Assembly: GCF_003334405.1 (NCBI RefSeq)
Contig: NZ_QOWM01000010.1
Length of the DNA: 64,000 nucleotides
Strand: one strand, 5' to 3'
Source: Escherichia coli
GTDB taxonomy: Bacteria; Pseudomonadota; Gammaproteobacteria; Enterobacterales; Enterobacteriaceae
The notes under the pieces are model-generated. The model had not been told where the DNA came from and did not search any database. It saw only the letters and a program-made list of their open reading frames with translations. Shown here in pieces: positions 1 to 10,764 of the stretch. The first letter of the stretch is position 1, and each line of letters starts with the position of its first letter. The position numbers and the translations under genes are program-made.

Positions 1-77
1 ACACCTGCCGAACCCTGGACAATGGGACCGCCATACTGAGTCATATCTCCCTGACGCGCCGCTGGTTTTCCGCTCAT
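1..77 (-). CDS. rhsD: Rhs-family polymorphic toxin, N-terminal 26 codons only (partial; continues beyond left edge of window)
   Basis: Reverse complement of 1..77 starts with ATG at 75..77 and translates MSGKPAARQGDMTQYGGPIVQGSAGV, which I recognise as the conserved Rhs N-terminus. Position immediately downstream of ybbP on the same strand matches rhsD synteny. Too short to appear in the ORF track. Confidence 0.8.
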   Translation of the reverse strand, partial: MSGKPAARQGDMTQYGGPIVQGSAG

Positions 78-507
78 ATAAAGTGCCCTTTTAGTTATTG
101 TTCATATCCCTGTGTTAGCAACAAAAAAAAATAAAATGACACACAAGACCAGCTAATGTATTTATATATTTTTCACATAAACTTATTTGTTCTCAATCAA
201 CAACAACTGTTATTACAGGTCACTTTCAATATTTTATTAAACTAACATTTTTAGCACAGATGAATTCATCATCAACAAATTCACTATATGGATAATATCC
301 ATTCAACGCATATGATTTATGATTTTATTAGTCTGAGTTATTTTTGTAGGGCTATATTTAAAATCAATAAACTCCACCGATTCAGATTAATATCAGCAAT
401 AGAAAGATAGGAAATCACCAATTCAATAACATCATCAATGAAACATATTGTAGAATTAATTTAAACAAGGCGTTCCATTCAACCAGAACGCCCCTTATTT
501 ACTCTCA

Positions 508-2922
508 TCACCCCGCAAACTGCCTGAACAGCGCCTTACCCTTAACCAGTCGCGCACCCAGCCAGCCGCCGAAAAGCGACAGCAGCAGCGCTCCGCTGCA
601 CGGCAGAACAATCCACAATCGCCAGTCTGGCTCCCACGGAAAATCAAACACTTTCGCCTGCAACACTGCCAGCGCCGTTTCCGCACCAATTGCGGCCACC
701 AGGCCGGAAACAAACCCAAGCATGGCGAACTCACACCACAACGTGGTACGCAGCAGTTTTTTCCCCGCACCGAGTGTGCGCCACACCACCAGCTCCTGAT
801 GACGCTGACGCATTCCCACCTGCACCTGTGCCAGCAACAGCAACATACCGCAGGCGGTGACCAGTACCACCATCACTTCCAGCGCCCGACTTACCTGCTC
901 CAGCACCTGACCGACCTGTTTTAAAATCGCGCCAATATCTAACAGGCTAATGGTCGGGAACTGGCGGTTGAGTTGTGTCAACATGCCGTTGCCATTCTCC
1001 CAGCGGAAACTGGTAAGCCAGCTCTGCGGTTGCCCGTCTAATGCCCCTTCAGGGAAAATAAAATAGAAATTAGGCCGCAGACTTTCCCAGTCCACTTTGC
1101 GCAGGCTGGTCACTTTAGCGCGGAACTCCTGGGTATCGCCCATAAAAGTCACGGTATCACCGAGGGCAACGTTTAAGCGTTTCGCCAGCCCCTCTTCCAT
1201 CGACACTTCATCGGCTTTTGGCGGCCAGTTACCGGCGACAATCGGATTATGATCGGGCCGCGTATTTTGCCAGGTAAGATTGAGTTCGCGGTTAAGCGCC
1301 TCATCTTCATTACCTTCTGTCGGCTTATCGTTAATCGCCGTCAGCCGCGCCCGCACCACCGGATAAAACGATTCCGGGACTATCTGATGTTCCGCGAGGA
1401 ACGCTTTTAGCGGTGCTACCTGTTCTGTGGCGATGTTAATTAAAAAGTAGTTCGGGCTTTCTGGAGGTAGCTGCTGCTGCCAGCGGTCGAGCAGATCGCC
1501 ACGCAACACCAGCAGCAGTGCCAGCAGCATAAAGGAGAGCGAAAATGCCGAAAGCTGACTTAACGTTGACCACGGCTGACGTAACAGGCGGCTAACCGCC
1601 AGGCGCAGAGGCAGCGATTTCAGCGTCATGCGGCGAAGTACATTCAGCAGCATCCAGCCCAGCACACCGCACAGCAAAGCCAGTACTACCGCGCCCGCCA
1701 GCACCGCCCAAAGCAGCATGCTGCCACCCATTAATCCGGCGAGCAGCAGCACAACCACCACACTGACAATCGGCAGATAAAACTTCAGCGGCCAGACGTT
1801 CGCTACCACATCATTACGTAATACGCGTAAAGGCTGCGTTGCCAGCAACAAGCGATATGGTCGTAGCCCCACCAGCAGCGAGATGACCGTCATGGTGCCA
1901 AGCGCCCACAGCCACGGCCAGAGGCTGGCTGGCGGTAGTGCAGCAGGCAGAACGGGCTTGAGCAGCACCATCAACACGTTTTCGAACAACAGGCCTATGG
2001 CCCCACCGGTAACGGCTGAAAGCGTCAGCACCATCAACCACTGACCGACGATTAGCTTACGCAGTTGCGCTCGCCCTGCCCCCAGCGTTTTGAGGATCGC
2101 CACCAGATCGTAGCGACTGCGACAGTAATGATTCATCGCTACCGCCACCGCTGCCACTGCCAGCAGCAAGGTCAGAAGCGCCGAAAGCAGCAGGAACTGT
2201 TGCGAGCGTTCCATCGATCGCCCCAGCGCGCCTTCGTCCTGTTCCAGACCGTACCAGCGTTGTTCGGGTTTAAGCTGAGGTAACAACCATTTCTCATAGC
2301 CGTCGAGCTGGTTCTCGTTGCCGCCGAATTTATAACGCCAGGTGACCCGACTCCCCGGCTGCACGGCTCCGGTTTTATCGACATCCGCCAGATTCATCAT
2401 CAGACGCGGAGCCATCTGGAAGGGGTTAAAACCGGAATCCGGTTCCTGAATCACTTCTCCGGCAATCCGCAAGGTGGCATCGCCCACGTCAATGGTGTCG
2501 CCCGTTTTCAGGTTAAGCAGTGCCATCAGGCGTGGGGCCAGCAATACGCTGCCCGCCTGCGGTTTCAGGCCAGGGGGATTAGTTTGCAGATCGCCATACA
2601 TCGGGTAGATATCATCCACCGCTTTGACGTTCGCCAGCTGCGGTGTGTCGCCTGCAAAGGTCATTGTGGCGAAAGTCAGCTGCTTGCCGACTTTCAGGCC
2701 GCGCTTTTGCGCTTCCTCCAGCCACGCTTGCGGCACTTCGCGTGAACTGCGCAACGCCCGATCGCCCGCCATAAACTCACGGCTTTGCTGGCTTAAGCCC
2801 TTCTCCATGCGATCGCTGATATTGCCCAGCGCCAGCACGCAGGCCACCGCCAGGCTTAGCGCCAGCCAGACAATTAATAGCGACGGCGAACGCCATTCGC
2901 GCCAGAACCAACGTGCAATCAT
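508..2922 (-). CDS. ybbP: ABC transporter permease, FtsX/MacB-like, 804 aa
   Basis: ORF track 508..2922 (-), 804 aa with multiple hydrophobic TM stretches and large extracytoplasmic segments typical of MacB/LolE-type permeases. Start overlaps the ybbA stop by 4 nt (operon). Confidence 0.93.
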   Translation of the reverse strand: MIARWFWREWRSPSLLIVWLALSLAVACVLALGNISDRMEKGLSQQSREFMAGDRALRSSREVPQAWLEEAQKRGLKVGKQLTFATMTFAGDTPQLANVKAVDDIYPMYGDLQTNPPGLKPQAGSVLLAPRLMALLNLKTGDTIDVGDATLRIAGEVIQEPDSGFNPFQMAPRLMMNLADVDKTGAVQPGSRVTWRYKFGGNENQLDGYEKWLLPQLKPEQRWYGLEQDEGALGRSMERSQQFLLLSALLTLLLAVAAVAVAMNHYCRSRYDLVAILKTLGAGRAQLRKLIVGQWLMVLTLSAVTGGAIGLLFENVLMVLLKPVLPAALPPASLWPWLWALGTMTVISLLVGLRPYRLLLATQPLRVLRNDVVANVWPLKFYLPIVSVVVVLLLAGLMGGSMLLWAVLAGAVVLALLCGVLGWMLLNVLRRMTLKSLPLRLAVSRLLRQPWSTLSQLSAFSLSFMLLALLLVLRGDLLDRWQQQLPPESPNYFLINIATEQVAPLKAFLAEHQIVPESFYPVVRARLTAINDKPTEGNEDEALNRELNLTWQNTRPDHNPIVAGNWPPKADEVSMEEGLAKRLNVALGDTVTFMGDTQEFRAKVTSLRKVDWESLRPNFYFIFPEGALDGQPQSWLTSFRWENGNGMLTQLNRQFPTISLLDIGAILKQVGQVLEQVSRALEVMVVLVTACGMLLLLAQVQVGMRQRHQELVVWRTLGAGKKLLRTTLWCEFAMLGFVSGLVAAIGAETALAVLQAKVFDFPWEPDWRLWIVLPCSGALLLSLFGGWLGARLVKGKALFRQFAG

Positions 2923-3605
2923 GCTTCCTCCTGCAACTGCCCGTTCACCAGCCGTAAGCAGCGGTCGCAGCGTGCCGCCAGTTGCAGGTCGTGGGTCACC
3001 ATAATCAACGTGGTGCCATGTTCACGGTTGAGGGAAAACAGCAGGTCGGCAATTTTATCGCCCGTCTGGCGGTCAAGGTTGCCGGTGGGTTCGTCGGCAA
3101 ACAGCACATCAGGTCGACCATTAAAGGCTCGTGCCAGCGCCACTCGTTGCTGTTCACCGCCGGAAAGCTGTGCCGGAAGATGATCCAGACGTTTACCCAG
3201 CCCTAACTGTTCGAGCAACGCTTTCGCCCCGTTACGACTTTCCGCGCTACTCTCACCGCGCAGCAGAGCCGGAAGCTCGACGTTTTCCAGCGCGTTAAGG
3301 GTAGGAATTAACATAAATGACTGAAAAACAAAGCCGACGTGCTTCGCGCGCAACTTTGCCCGCGCTTCTTCGTCCATATTATGTAGCGGTTGTCCCACCA
3401 GACTCACTTCGCCACTGCTGCCGTCATCAAGCCCGGCGAGGATCGCCAGCAAGGTTGACTTACCCGATCCCGACTCGCCCACCAGTGCGATGGTCTCGCC
3501 ACGTTTGACAACCAGCTCAACTCCGGTGAGGATGGAGAGTTCATGCTCCCCCTGACCGACGGACTTCTTAAGATGATGAACTTCAACAATGTTTTCCGCT
3601 GGCAT
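2919..3605 (-). CDS. ybbA: ABC transporter ATP-binding protein, 228 aa
   Basis: ORF track 228 aa with Walker A GESGSGKST, ABC signature LSGGEQQR and Walker B DVLFADEP. Confidence 0.95.
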   Translation of the reverse strand: MPAENIVEVHHLKKSVGQGEHELSILTGVELVVKRGETIALVGESGSGKSTLLAILAGLDDGSSGEVSLVGQPLHNMDEEARAKLRAKHVGFVFQSFMLIPTLNALENVELPALLRGESSAESRNGAKALLEQLGLGKRLDHLPAQLSGGEQQRVALARAFNGRPDVLFADEPTGNLDRQTGDKIADLLFSLNREHGTTLIMVTHDLQLAARCDRCLRLVNGQLQEEA

Positions 3606-4199
3606 TTGCCCTTCCTGTTCCTGGTCCTGTTAACCTTCCGTGCCGCCGCAGCGGACACGTTATTGATTCTGGGTGATAGCCTGAGCGCCGGGTATCGAAT
3701 GTCTGCCAGCGCGGCCTGGCCTGCCTTGTTGAATGATAAGTGGCAGAGTAAAACGTCGGTAGTTAATGCCAGCATCAGCGGCGACACCTCGCAACAAGGA
3801 CTGGCGCGCCTTCCGGCTCTGCTGAAACAGCATCAGCCGCGTTGGGTGCTGGTTGAACTGGGCGGCAATGACGGTTTGCGTGGTTTTCAGCCACAGCAAA
3901 CCGAGCAAACGCTGCGCCAGATTTTGCAGGATGTCAAAGCCGCCAACGCTGAACCATTGTTAATGCAAATACGTCTGCCTGCAAACTATGGTCGCCGTTA
4001 TAATGAAGCCTTTAGCGCCATTTACCCCAAACTCGCCAAAGAGTTTGATGTTCCGCTGCTGCCCTTTTTTATGGAAGAGGTCTACCTCAAGCCACAATGG
4101 ATGCAGGATGACGGTATTCATCCCAACCGCGACGCCCAGCCGTTTATTGCCGACTGGATGGCGAAGCAGTTGCAGCCTTTAGTAAATCATGACTCATAA
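3573..4199 (+). CDS. tesA: Multifunctional acyl-CoA thioesterase I / protease I / lysophospholipase L1 (SGNH hydrolase), 208 aa
   Basis: ORF track 3543..4199; trimmed to the internal ATG at 3573 giving MMNFNNVFRW, a signal peptide, and the GDSLSAGY catalytic motif. 5' end overlaps the ybbA start on the opposite strand. Confidence 0.93.
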   Translation: MMNFNNVFRWHLPFLFLVLLTFRAAAADTLLILGDSLSAGYRMSASAAWPALLNDKWQSKTSVVNASISGDTSQQGLARLPALLKQHQPRWVLVELGGNDGLRGFQPQQTEQTLRQILQDVKAANAEPLLMQIRLPANYGRRYNEAFSAIYPKLAKEFDVPLLPFFMEEVYLKPQWMQDDGIHPNRDAQPFIADWMAKQLQPLVNHDS

Positions 4200-4998
4200 A
4201 GCAACGGAGATCCTGACAGGTAAAGTTATGCAAAAATCGGTCTTAATTACCGGATGTTCCAGTGGAATTGGCCTGGAAAGCGCGCTCGAATTAAAACGCC
4301 AGGGTTTTCATGTGCTGGCAGGTTGCCGGAAACCGGATGATGTTGAGCGCATGAACAGCATGGGATTTACCGGCGTGTTGATCGATCTGGATTCACCAGA
4401 AAGTGTTGATCGCGCAGCCGACGAGGTGATCGCCCTGACCGATAATTGTCTGTATGGGATCTTTAACAATGCCGGATTCGGCATGTATGGCCCCCTTTCC
4501 ACCATCAGCCGTGCGCAGATGGAACAGCAGTTTTCCGCCAACTTTTTCGGCGCACACCAGCTCACCATGCGCCTGTTACCCGCGATGTTACCGCACGGTG
4601 AAGGGCGTATTGTGATGACATCATCGGTGATGGGATTAATCTCCACGCCGGGTCGTGGCGCTTACGCGGCCAGTAAATATGCGCTGGAGGCGTGGTCAGA
4701 CGCACTGCGCATGGAGCTGCGCCACAGCGGAATTAAAGTCAGCCTGATCGAACCCGGTCCCATTCGTACTCGCTTCACCGACAACGTCAACCAGACGCAA
4801 AGTGATAAACCAGTCGAAAATCCCGGCATCGCCGCCCGCTTTACGTTGGGACCGGAAGCGGTGGTGGACAAAGTACGCCATGCTTTTATTAGCGAGAAGC
4901 CGAAGATGCGCTATCCGGTGACGCTGGTGACCTGGGCGGTAATGGTGCTTAAGCGCCTGCTGCCGGGGCGCGTGATGGACAAAATATTGCAGGGGTGA
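4189..4998 (+). CDS. ybbO: Short-chain dehydrogenase/reductase (NAD(P)-binding), 269 aa
   Basis: ORF track 269 aa; Rossmann motif TGCSSGIG and SDR catalytic YAASK. Start overlaps the tesA 3' end by 11 nt. Confidence 0.93.
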   Translation: MTHKATEILTGKVMQKSVLITGCSSGIGLESALELKRQGFHVLAGCRKPDDVERMNSMGFTGVLIDLDSPESVDRAADEVIALTDNCLYGIFNNAGFGMYGPLSTISRAQMEQQFSANFFGAHQLTMRLLPAMLPHGEGRIVMTSSVMGLISTPGRGAYAASKYALEAWSDALRMELRHSGIKVSLIEPGPIRTRFTDNVNQTQSDKPVENPGIAARFTLGPEAVVDKVRHAFISEKPKMRYPVTLVTWAVMVLKRLLPGRVMDKILQG

Positions 4999-5016
4999 GT
5001 TGAAGCGCGCGCTTAA

Positions 5017-5913
<897 letters not shown>

Positions 5914-5942
5914 TATTCCGTTGATCGGCACATGAACCACAA

Positions 5943-5968
5943 CGCCGGATGCGATGCTGCGCATCCGG
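5943..5968. terminator. REP-like GC-rich hairpin between convergent cnoX and fetB (probable bidirectional terminator)
   Basis: Inverted repeat gccggatgcg ... cgcatccggc read directly in the sequence between two convergent stop codons. Confidence 0.6.
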
Positions 5969-5975
5969 CATCGCA

Positions 5976-6755
5976 TCATTTCTTCTTCAATTGCGTCACC
6001 ACCAACTGGTGGCGCGAATTATAAAACTTACGATAGGTTAAATAGCAGGCAATAATGGTCGACAAGCTGGCGGTTGAGAGCAGCATAAAGGTCACCATAA
6101 TCTGATATTTAATCGCCTTCACCGGATCAATCCCGGCAAATATCAGCCCGGACATCATTCCTGGTAAACTCACTAAGCCAACCGTTTTTGCTGAATCGAC
6201 CGTCGGAATTAAAGCCGCGCGAATACTGTCGCGAATCAATATCGCTGAAGCCTGCTTCGGCGTCGCACCAAGACTCAGTTTCTCCTGAATCTGTTGCTGT
6301 TCGCTAATGACCCGTTGCCCTAAATTGTTGTAACACAACCCCACCGCTACCATGGCGTTACCGGCAATCATCCCGGCGATAGGGATCACCTGCATCGGGA
6401 TAAATTCAATCGACCCTGAGAGAATCAGCACCGCCAGGGTAATTCCCGCCCCGACCGTAATGGCAATAAACGATGAGATAAAAGCTTTAGCAATATATTT
6501 ACTGCGTTTTTGCGCGTTCCACGCCGCATTAAAGCAGATAAATAACACCATCAATAATGTCAGGCTGGCATCATCCACGCTGAAAATATACTTCAGCACA
6601 TAGCCGACAATAATCAGCTGAATTATCGCTCGCCCGACGCTCCAGAGAATATCTTTCTCCAGCGCCAGTTTTTCTTTATGGCTAATTAAGATTGCCACCA
6701 CCACCAGCATTAATGCCAGTGCTAATGATTCGTTAGTAATATTATGCGAGTTCAT
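5976..6755 (-). CDS. fetB: Iron-export ABC transporter permease, 259 aa
   Basis: ORF track 5976..6782; trimmed to the ATG at 6755 (MNSHNITNESLALA...). Polytopic membrane protein; its start overlaps the fetA stop. Confidence 0.9.
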   Translation of the reverse strand: MNSHNITNESLALALMLVVVAILISHKEKLALEKDILWSVGRAIIQLIIVGYVLKYIFSVDDASLTLLMVLFICFNAAWNAQKRSKYIAKAFISSFIAITVGAGITLAVLILSGSIEFIPMQVIPIAGMIAGNAMVAVGLCYNNLGQRVISEQQQIQEKLSLGATPKQASAILIRDSIRAALIPTVDSAKTVGLVSLPGMMSGLIFAGIDPVKAIKYQIMVTFMLLSTASLSTIIACYLTYRKFYNSRHQLVVTQLKKK

Positions 6756-7419
6756 AGCGTGCTTCCTGCATTTCTCCGGCATGCGGTTGCAGTGTAATCA
6801 CTTTATCCGCATGATTAATTTCGTCTTTATCGTGTGTCACCCACAGCACGGCAATATTTTGCTCGCGCACATAACGATGGATCATCTCATTGACGTTATG
6901 TTTATTACTTTCATCCAGCGCACTGGTTATTTCATCCAGCAATAAAACCTTCGGCATAAATTGCAGGTTACGAATCAATGAGATGCGTTGTTTTTCACCA
7001 CCAGATAGCTCGGCGATATTCTTCGTCAAAATGCTGTCCGGCAAGGCGAAGCGTTCGAGAAAATCGAGAAAAATGGCTGGGTCAGGCTGCCGGTTACGGA
7101 TCTGCCAGGGAAAGATCAGATTATCGTATACCGTATCGCCAAACAGCGTCGGTGTCTGGGCGCAGTAAGAGACTTGTTGGCGGTAGATTTCTGGCTTTAG
7201 TGTGCTGACATCCTCACCTTCAAACAGTAACGTTCCGCTGGTTGGGCTGATCAATGAAGCAACTATTTTTAGCAGCGTACTTTTGCCACAACCAGAAGGA
7301 CCGGTAATTAACTTAAATTCGCCAGCACGCAGCGAAAAATTGATGTTATTAAGAATCTTCGCATCACCCGCCAGATATCCTACGTTTTGTAGCTGAAGCA
7401 AAGGACTATTTTCCTGCAT
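6742..7419 (-). CDS. fetA: Iron-export ABC transporter ATP-binding protein, 225 aa
   Basis: ORF track 225 aa; Walker A GPSGCGKST, signature LSGGEKQR, Walker B LLLDEITS. Confidence 0.93.
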   Translation of the reverse strand: MQENSPLLQLQNVGYLAGDAKILNNINFSLRAGEFKLITGPSGCGKSTLLKIVASLISPTSGTLLFEGEDVSTLKPEIYRQQVSYCAQTPTLFGDTVYDNLIFPWQIRNRQPDPAIFLDFLERFALPDSILTKNIAELSGGEKQRISLIRNLQFMPKVLLLDEITSALDESNKHNVNEMIHRYVREQNIAVLWVTHDKDEINHADKVITLQPHAGEMQEARYELA

Positions 7420-7564
7420 CGCTGTTCCCTTTTTCTGATTTTTACTAAAAACAGTTTATCCTTCGCAGGAATAAGGGGGAACTCTCTTTCAGTAATCAGG
7501 TATAATTTGTTTAATCAAGCAGCAATTTTGCTGATTATGGACGGTACAACAGGAGGTTTTTCCG

Positions 7565-8482
7565 ATGCTTATCTTTATCCCGATTCTCATTTTTGTCGCG
7601 CTGGTCATTGTCGGCGCGGGTGTCAAAATCGTACCGCAGGGCTATCAGTGGACAGTAGAACGCTTTGGTCGCTATACCAAAACGTTACAGCCGGGGCTCA
7701 GTCTGGTGGTGCCGTTTATGGATCGCATTGGTCGCAAGATCAATATGATGGAGCAAGTGCTCGATATCCCTTCCCAGGAAGTTATCTCGAAAGATAACGC
7801 CAACGTTACCATCGACGCCGTGTGCTTTATTCAGGTGATTGACGCGCCGCGCGCGGCTTATGAAGTCAGCAATCTGGAGCTGGCGATCATCAACCTGACC
7901 ATGACTAACATCCGTACCGTGCTGGGTTCAATGGAACTTGACGAAATGCTCTCTCAGCGCGACAGCATCAACTCACGCCTGCTGCGTATTGTCGATGAAG
8001 CCACCAACCCGTGGGGGATTAAAGTCACCCGTATTGAAATTCGCGACGTGCGCCCACCGGCAGAGCTTATCTCTTCAATGAACGCGCAGATGAAAGCGGA
8101 ACGTACCAAACGCGCTTACATTCTTGAAGCGGAAGGGATCCGTCAGGCGGAAATCCTCAAAGCCGAAGGTGAAAAACAGTCGCAAATCCTGAAAGCGGAA
8201 GGCGAACGTCAGTCGGCGTTTTTACAGGCTGAAGCGCGTGAACGTTCCGCCGAAGCAGAAGCCCGCGCCACCAAAATGGTGTCTGAAGCTATCGCCTCCG
8301 GTGATATTCAGGCGGTGAACTACTTCGTAGCGCAGAAATACACCGAAGCGTTACAGCAGATCGGTTCCTCCAGTAACAGCAAAGTAGTGATGATGCCATT
8401 AGAGGCCAGCAGCCTGATGGGGTCGATTGCCGGGATTGCCGAGCTGGTGAAAGACAGCGCCAACAAACGGACTCAGCCATGA
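7565..8482 (+). CDS. qmcA: SPFH/stomatin-prohibitin family membrane protein, 305 aa
   Basis: ORF track 305 aa; N-terminal TM helix, SPFH domain and C-terminal coiled coil with repeated [29 protein letters not shown]. Confidence 0.93.
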
Positions 8483-8937
8483 TGGAGTTAATGGTCGTTC
8501 ATCCACATATTTTCTGGCTCAGTCTCGGCGGTTTGCTGCTGGCAGCCGAGATGCTGGGCGGAAATGGTTATTTGTTGTGGAGCGGCGTGGCAGCGGTGAT
8601 TACCGGCCTGGTGGTCTGGCTGGTGCCGCTGGGTTGGGAGTGGCAAGGGGTAATGTTTGCCATCCTGACGCTGCTCGCCGCCTGGCTGTGGTGGAAATGG
8701 TTGTCGCGGCGGGTGCGCGAACAAAAGCACAGCGATAGTCATTTAAACCAGCGCGGGCAGCAGCTGATTGGCCGACGTTTTGTGCTGGAATCTCCGCTGG
8801 TCAACGGGCGCGGTCATATGCGCGTCGGTGACAGTTCATGGCCTGTCAGCGCCAGCGAGGATCTCGGTGCAGGTACGCATGTTGAAGTCATTGCGATAGA
8901 AGGGATAACCCTACATATCCGAGCCGTCTCGTCTTAA
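8479..8937 (+). CDS. ybbJ: NfeD-like inner membrane protein (partner of the SPFH protein), 152 aa
   Basis: ORF track 152 aa; hydrophobic N-terminal half plus a C-terminal OB-fold-like soluble segment. Start overlaps the qmcA stop by 4 nt. Confidence 0.9.
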
Positions 8938-9345
8938 TCACCCTGCCCGATGATGACAGCAGCCGGAGAGATTTTCGATAATCGGGCAGTCGGCGCTGTC
9001 ATCGCCAGGGCAGGCATTCGCCAGTGCCAGCAGCTGGTCGCGCATGGATTGCAGCTCCTCAATGTGTCGTTCGATCTCCGCCACCTTCTCCAGCGTGCGC
9101 CGTTTGACGTCGGCGCTGTGCCGCTGCGGGTCGTTAAACAGATTCACCAGCTCGCCGCTCTCTTCCAGGTTAAAGCCCACCTGCCGTGCCTGGCGCAGTA
9201 AGGTCAGTTCGTTGAGATGCTGCTGCGTGTAGGTGCGATAACCGTTTTCGCTGCGCATCGGCGGCGTCACCAGCCCCTTCTCTTCATAGAAGCGAATGGC
9301 TTTGCTGGTCAGGCCGGTAATTTTTGCTACATCGCTGATGTTCAT
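8938..9345 (-). CDS. cueR: MerR-family Cu(I)-responsive transcriptional activator, 135 aa
   Basis: ORF track 135 aa; [26 protein letters not shown] helix-turn-helix and C-terminal metal-binding cysteines ([10 protein letters not shown]). Confidence 0.95.
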
Positions 9346-9469
9346 CGTTCGCGCAACGCCTCCTGTGCTTTGTTAAAGGGTTTCAACAGATATTCAAGCA
9401 CGTTTTTTTGCCAGTGCGAATATCGACCGCCACCACAATAATACAGGAAGTACTGCGCACAGAGAGATG

Positions 9470-10762
9470 TTATACGGTTTTATTGCGCTTCATGACCATT
9501 GCCACAATAAGGCTGAGTAAGAGTGAGCCAATAATCCATATCAACGCACGGCTACCCTGGGACCACAGACTGTAGATAAAGCCAACGATCACCAACAACA
9601 TCACCAACGTACCAACGATAAGAATCGGCAACGAGGCGTGAATATCATGACGCAGGCGGATCGCCACCACAAACACCGCCAGGTAGCAAATCAAAAAGGT
9701 GGCGCTGGCAACGCTGGCGAGTGAGCCTAAATTCAGTGCCGCCGTCATCAGCATAATCAACACCACGACAATAATGTTGCCCCAGGTACTCTGCCGCCAC
9801 AGGGATTTATTCATTAGCTTCGGCAGTTCGCGTTCGCTGCCCATGTTGTCCATGATGTTAAACACGGCGAACAGGTTCGCGTTAATGGCTGAAGCCGTCG
9901 CCAGTAAAGCGCCGATGACGACGATCACATAACCCACATGCCCGAGCAGCGGAGAAGCAGCCTGCGCTACGGCGGTATCGGCATATTTTTCTAACTCTAA
10001 TGCCGATACATCGCTAAGCAAAACCAGTGCCAGCGAGATATAAAGCAACGTGGTAACGCCAATCGCCACCAGAAACGCCCGTGGCATAATGACCTGCGGA
10101 TCTTTCACTTTATCCGCCGCGTTCGCCATCATGCCAAAGCCCGCATAGGCAAGGAAAGTTATCCCAATACAGGAGAAGAACGCACCGGAGCTGGGGGGCG
10201 CAGAGACGGAAATATGCGCCGGTTGCAGCGACCAGACACCGGCAATAATCAGCAATAACAGGATCATCATTTTAATGCCGACGAGGATCACTTCCAGCCG
10301 CCCTACCGCATGGTTGCTTAAGGAGTTGAAAAGCGTCATCACCGCAATGATCCCCAACGCGTAGAGCAAAATAAGGTGCTCCTCCTGGCTGCCTTCATGC
10401 AAAAACTGCACGGCATAAGCGCCAAAAGCACGGGCGACCATGGCGATGCTCACCGCCAGCGTCAACAGGTACAGTAACGAGAGCGCCAGCGAAAAGACGC
10501 CGTTGCCTAATCCGCGACGAAAGAAGTCGATAATGCCGCCATTGCTGGGATAGCTCGCCCCCAGACGCGCATAGGCATAACCGGAAAACATCGCCACAAT
10601 ACCGCCAAAAGCAAAGGCGACCCAGGTCGAGGCTTCCATTAGCAATGCAGCCTGCCCCAGCAGCGCGAAGATCCCCGCCCCCACCATTGCCCCAATGCCG
10701 ATGGAAACGACGTTCCATAGACCGAGAGGTTTGTTACCGTTATTACCTTCCGTGTTCATCAT
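9470..10762 (-). CDS. ybaT: APC-family amino-acid transporter, 430 aa
   Basis: ORF track 430 aa, about 12 predicted TM helices; lies immediately downstream of glsA on the same strand. Confidence 0.92.
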   Translation of the reverse strand: MMNTEGNNGNKPLGLWNVVSIGIGAMVGAGIFALLGQAALLMEASTWVAFAFGGIVAMFSGYAYARLGASYPSNGGIIDFFRRGLGNGVFSLALSLLYLLTLAVSIAMVARAFGAYAVQFLHEGSQEEHLILLYALGIIAVMTLFNSLSNHAVGRLEVILVGIKMMILLLLIIAGVWSLQPAHISVSAPPSSGAFFSCIGITFLAYAGFGMMANAADKVKDPQVIMPRAFLVAIGVTTLLYISLALVLLSDVSALELEKYADTAVAQAASPLLGHVGYVIVVIGALLATASAINANLFAVFNIMDNMGSERELPKLMNKSLWRQSTWGNIIVVVLIMLMTAALNLGSLASVASATFLICYLAVFVVAIRLRHDIHASLPILIVGTLVMLLVIVGFIYSLWSQGSRALIWIIGSLLLSLIVAMVMKRNKTV

Positions 10763-10764
10763 GA

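Noticed and set aside
78-507. AT-rich block at the left end as a possible mobile-element or prophage remnant
   Set aside because: No ORFs, inverted terminal repeats or integrase nearby; it is the upstream leader of the Rhs element, consistent with rhsD synteny.
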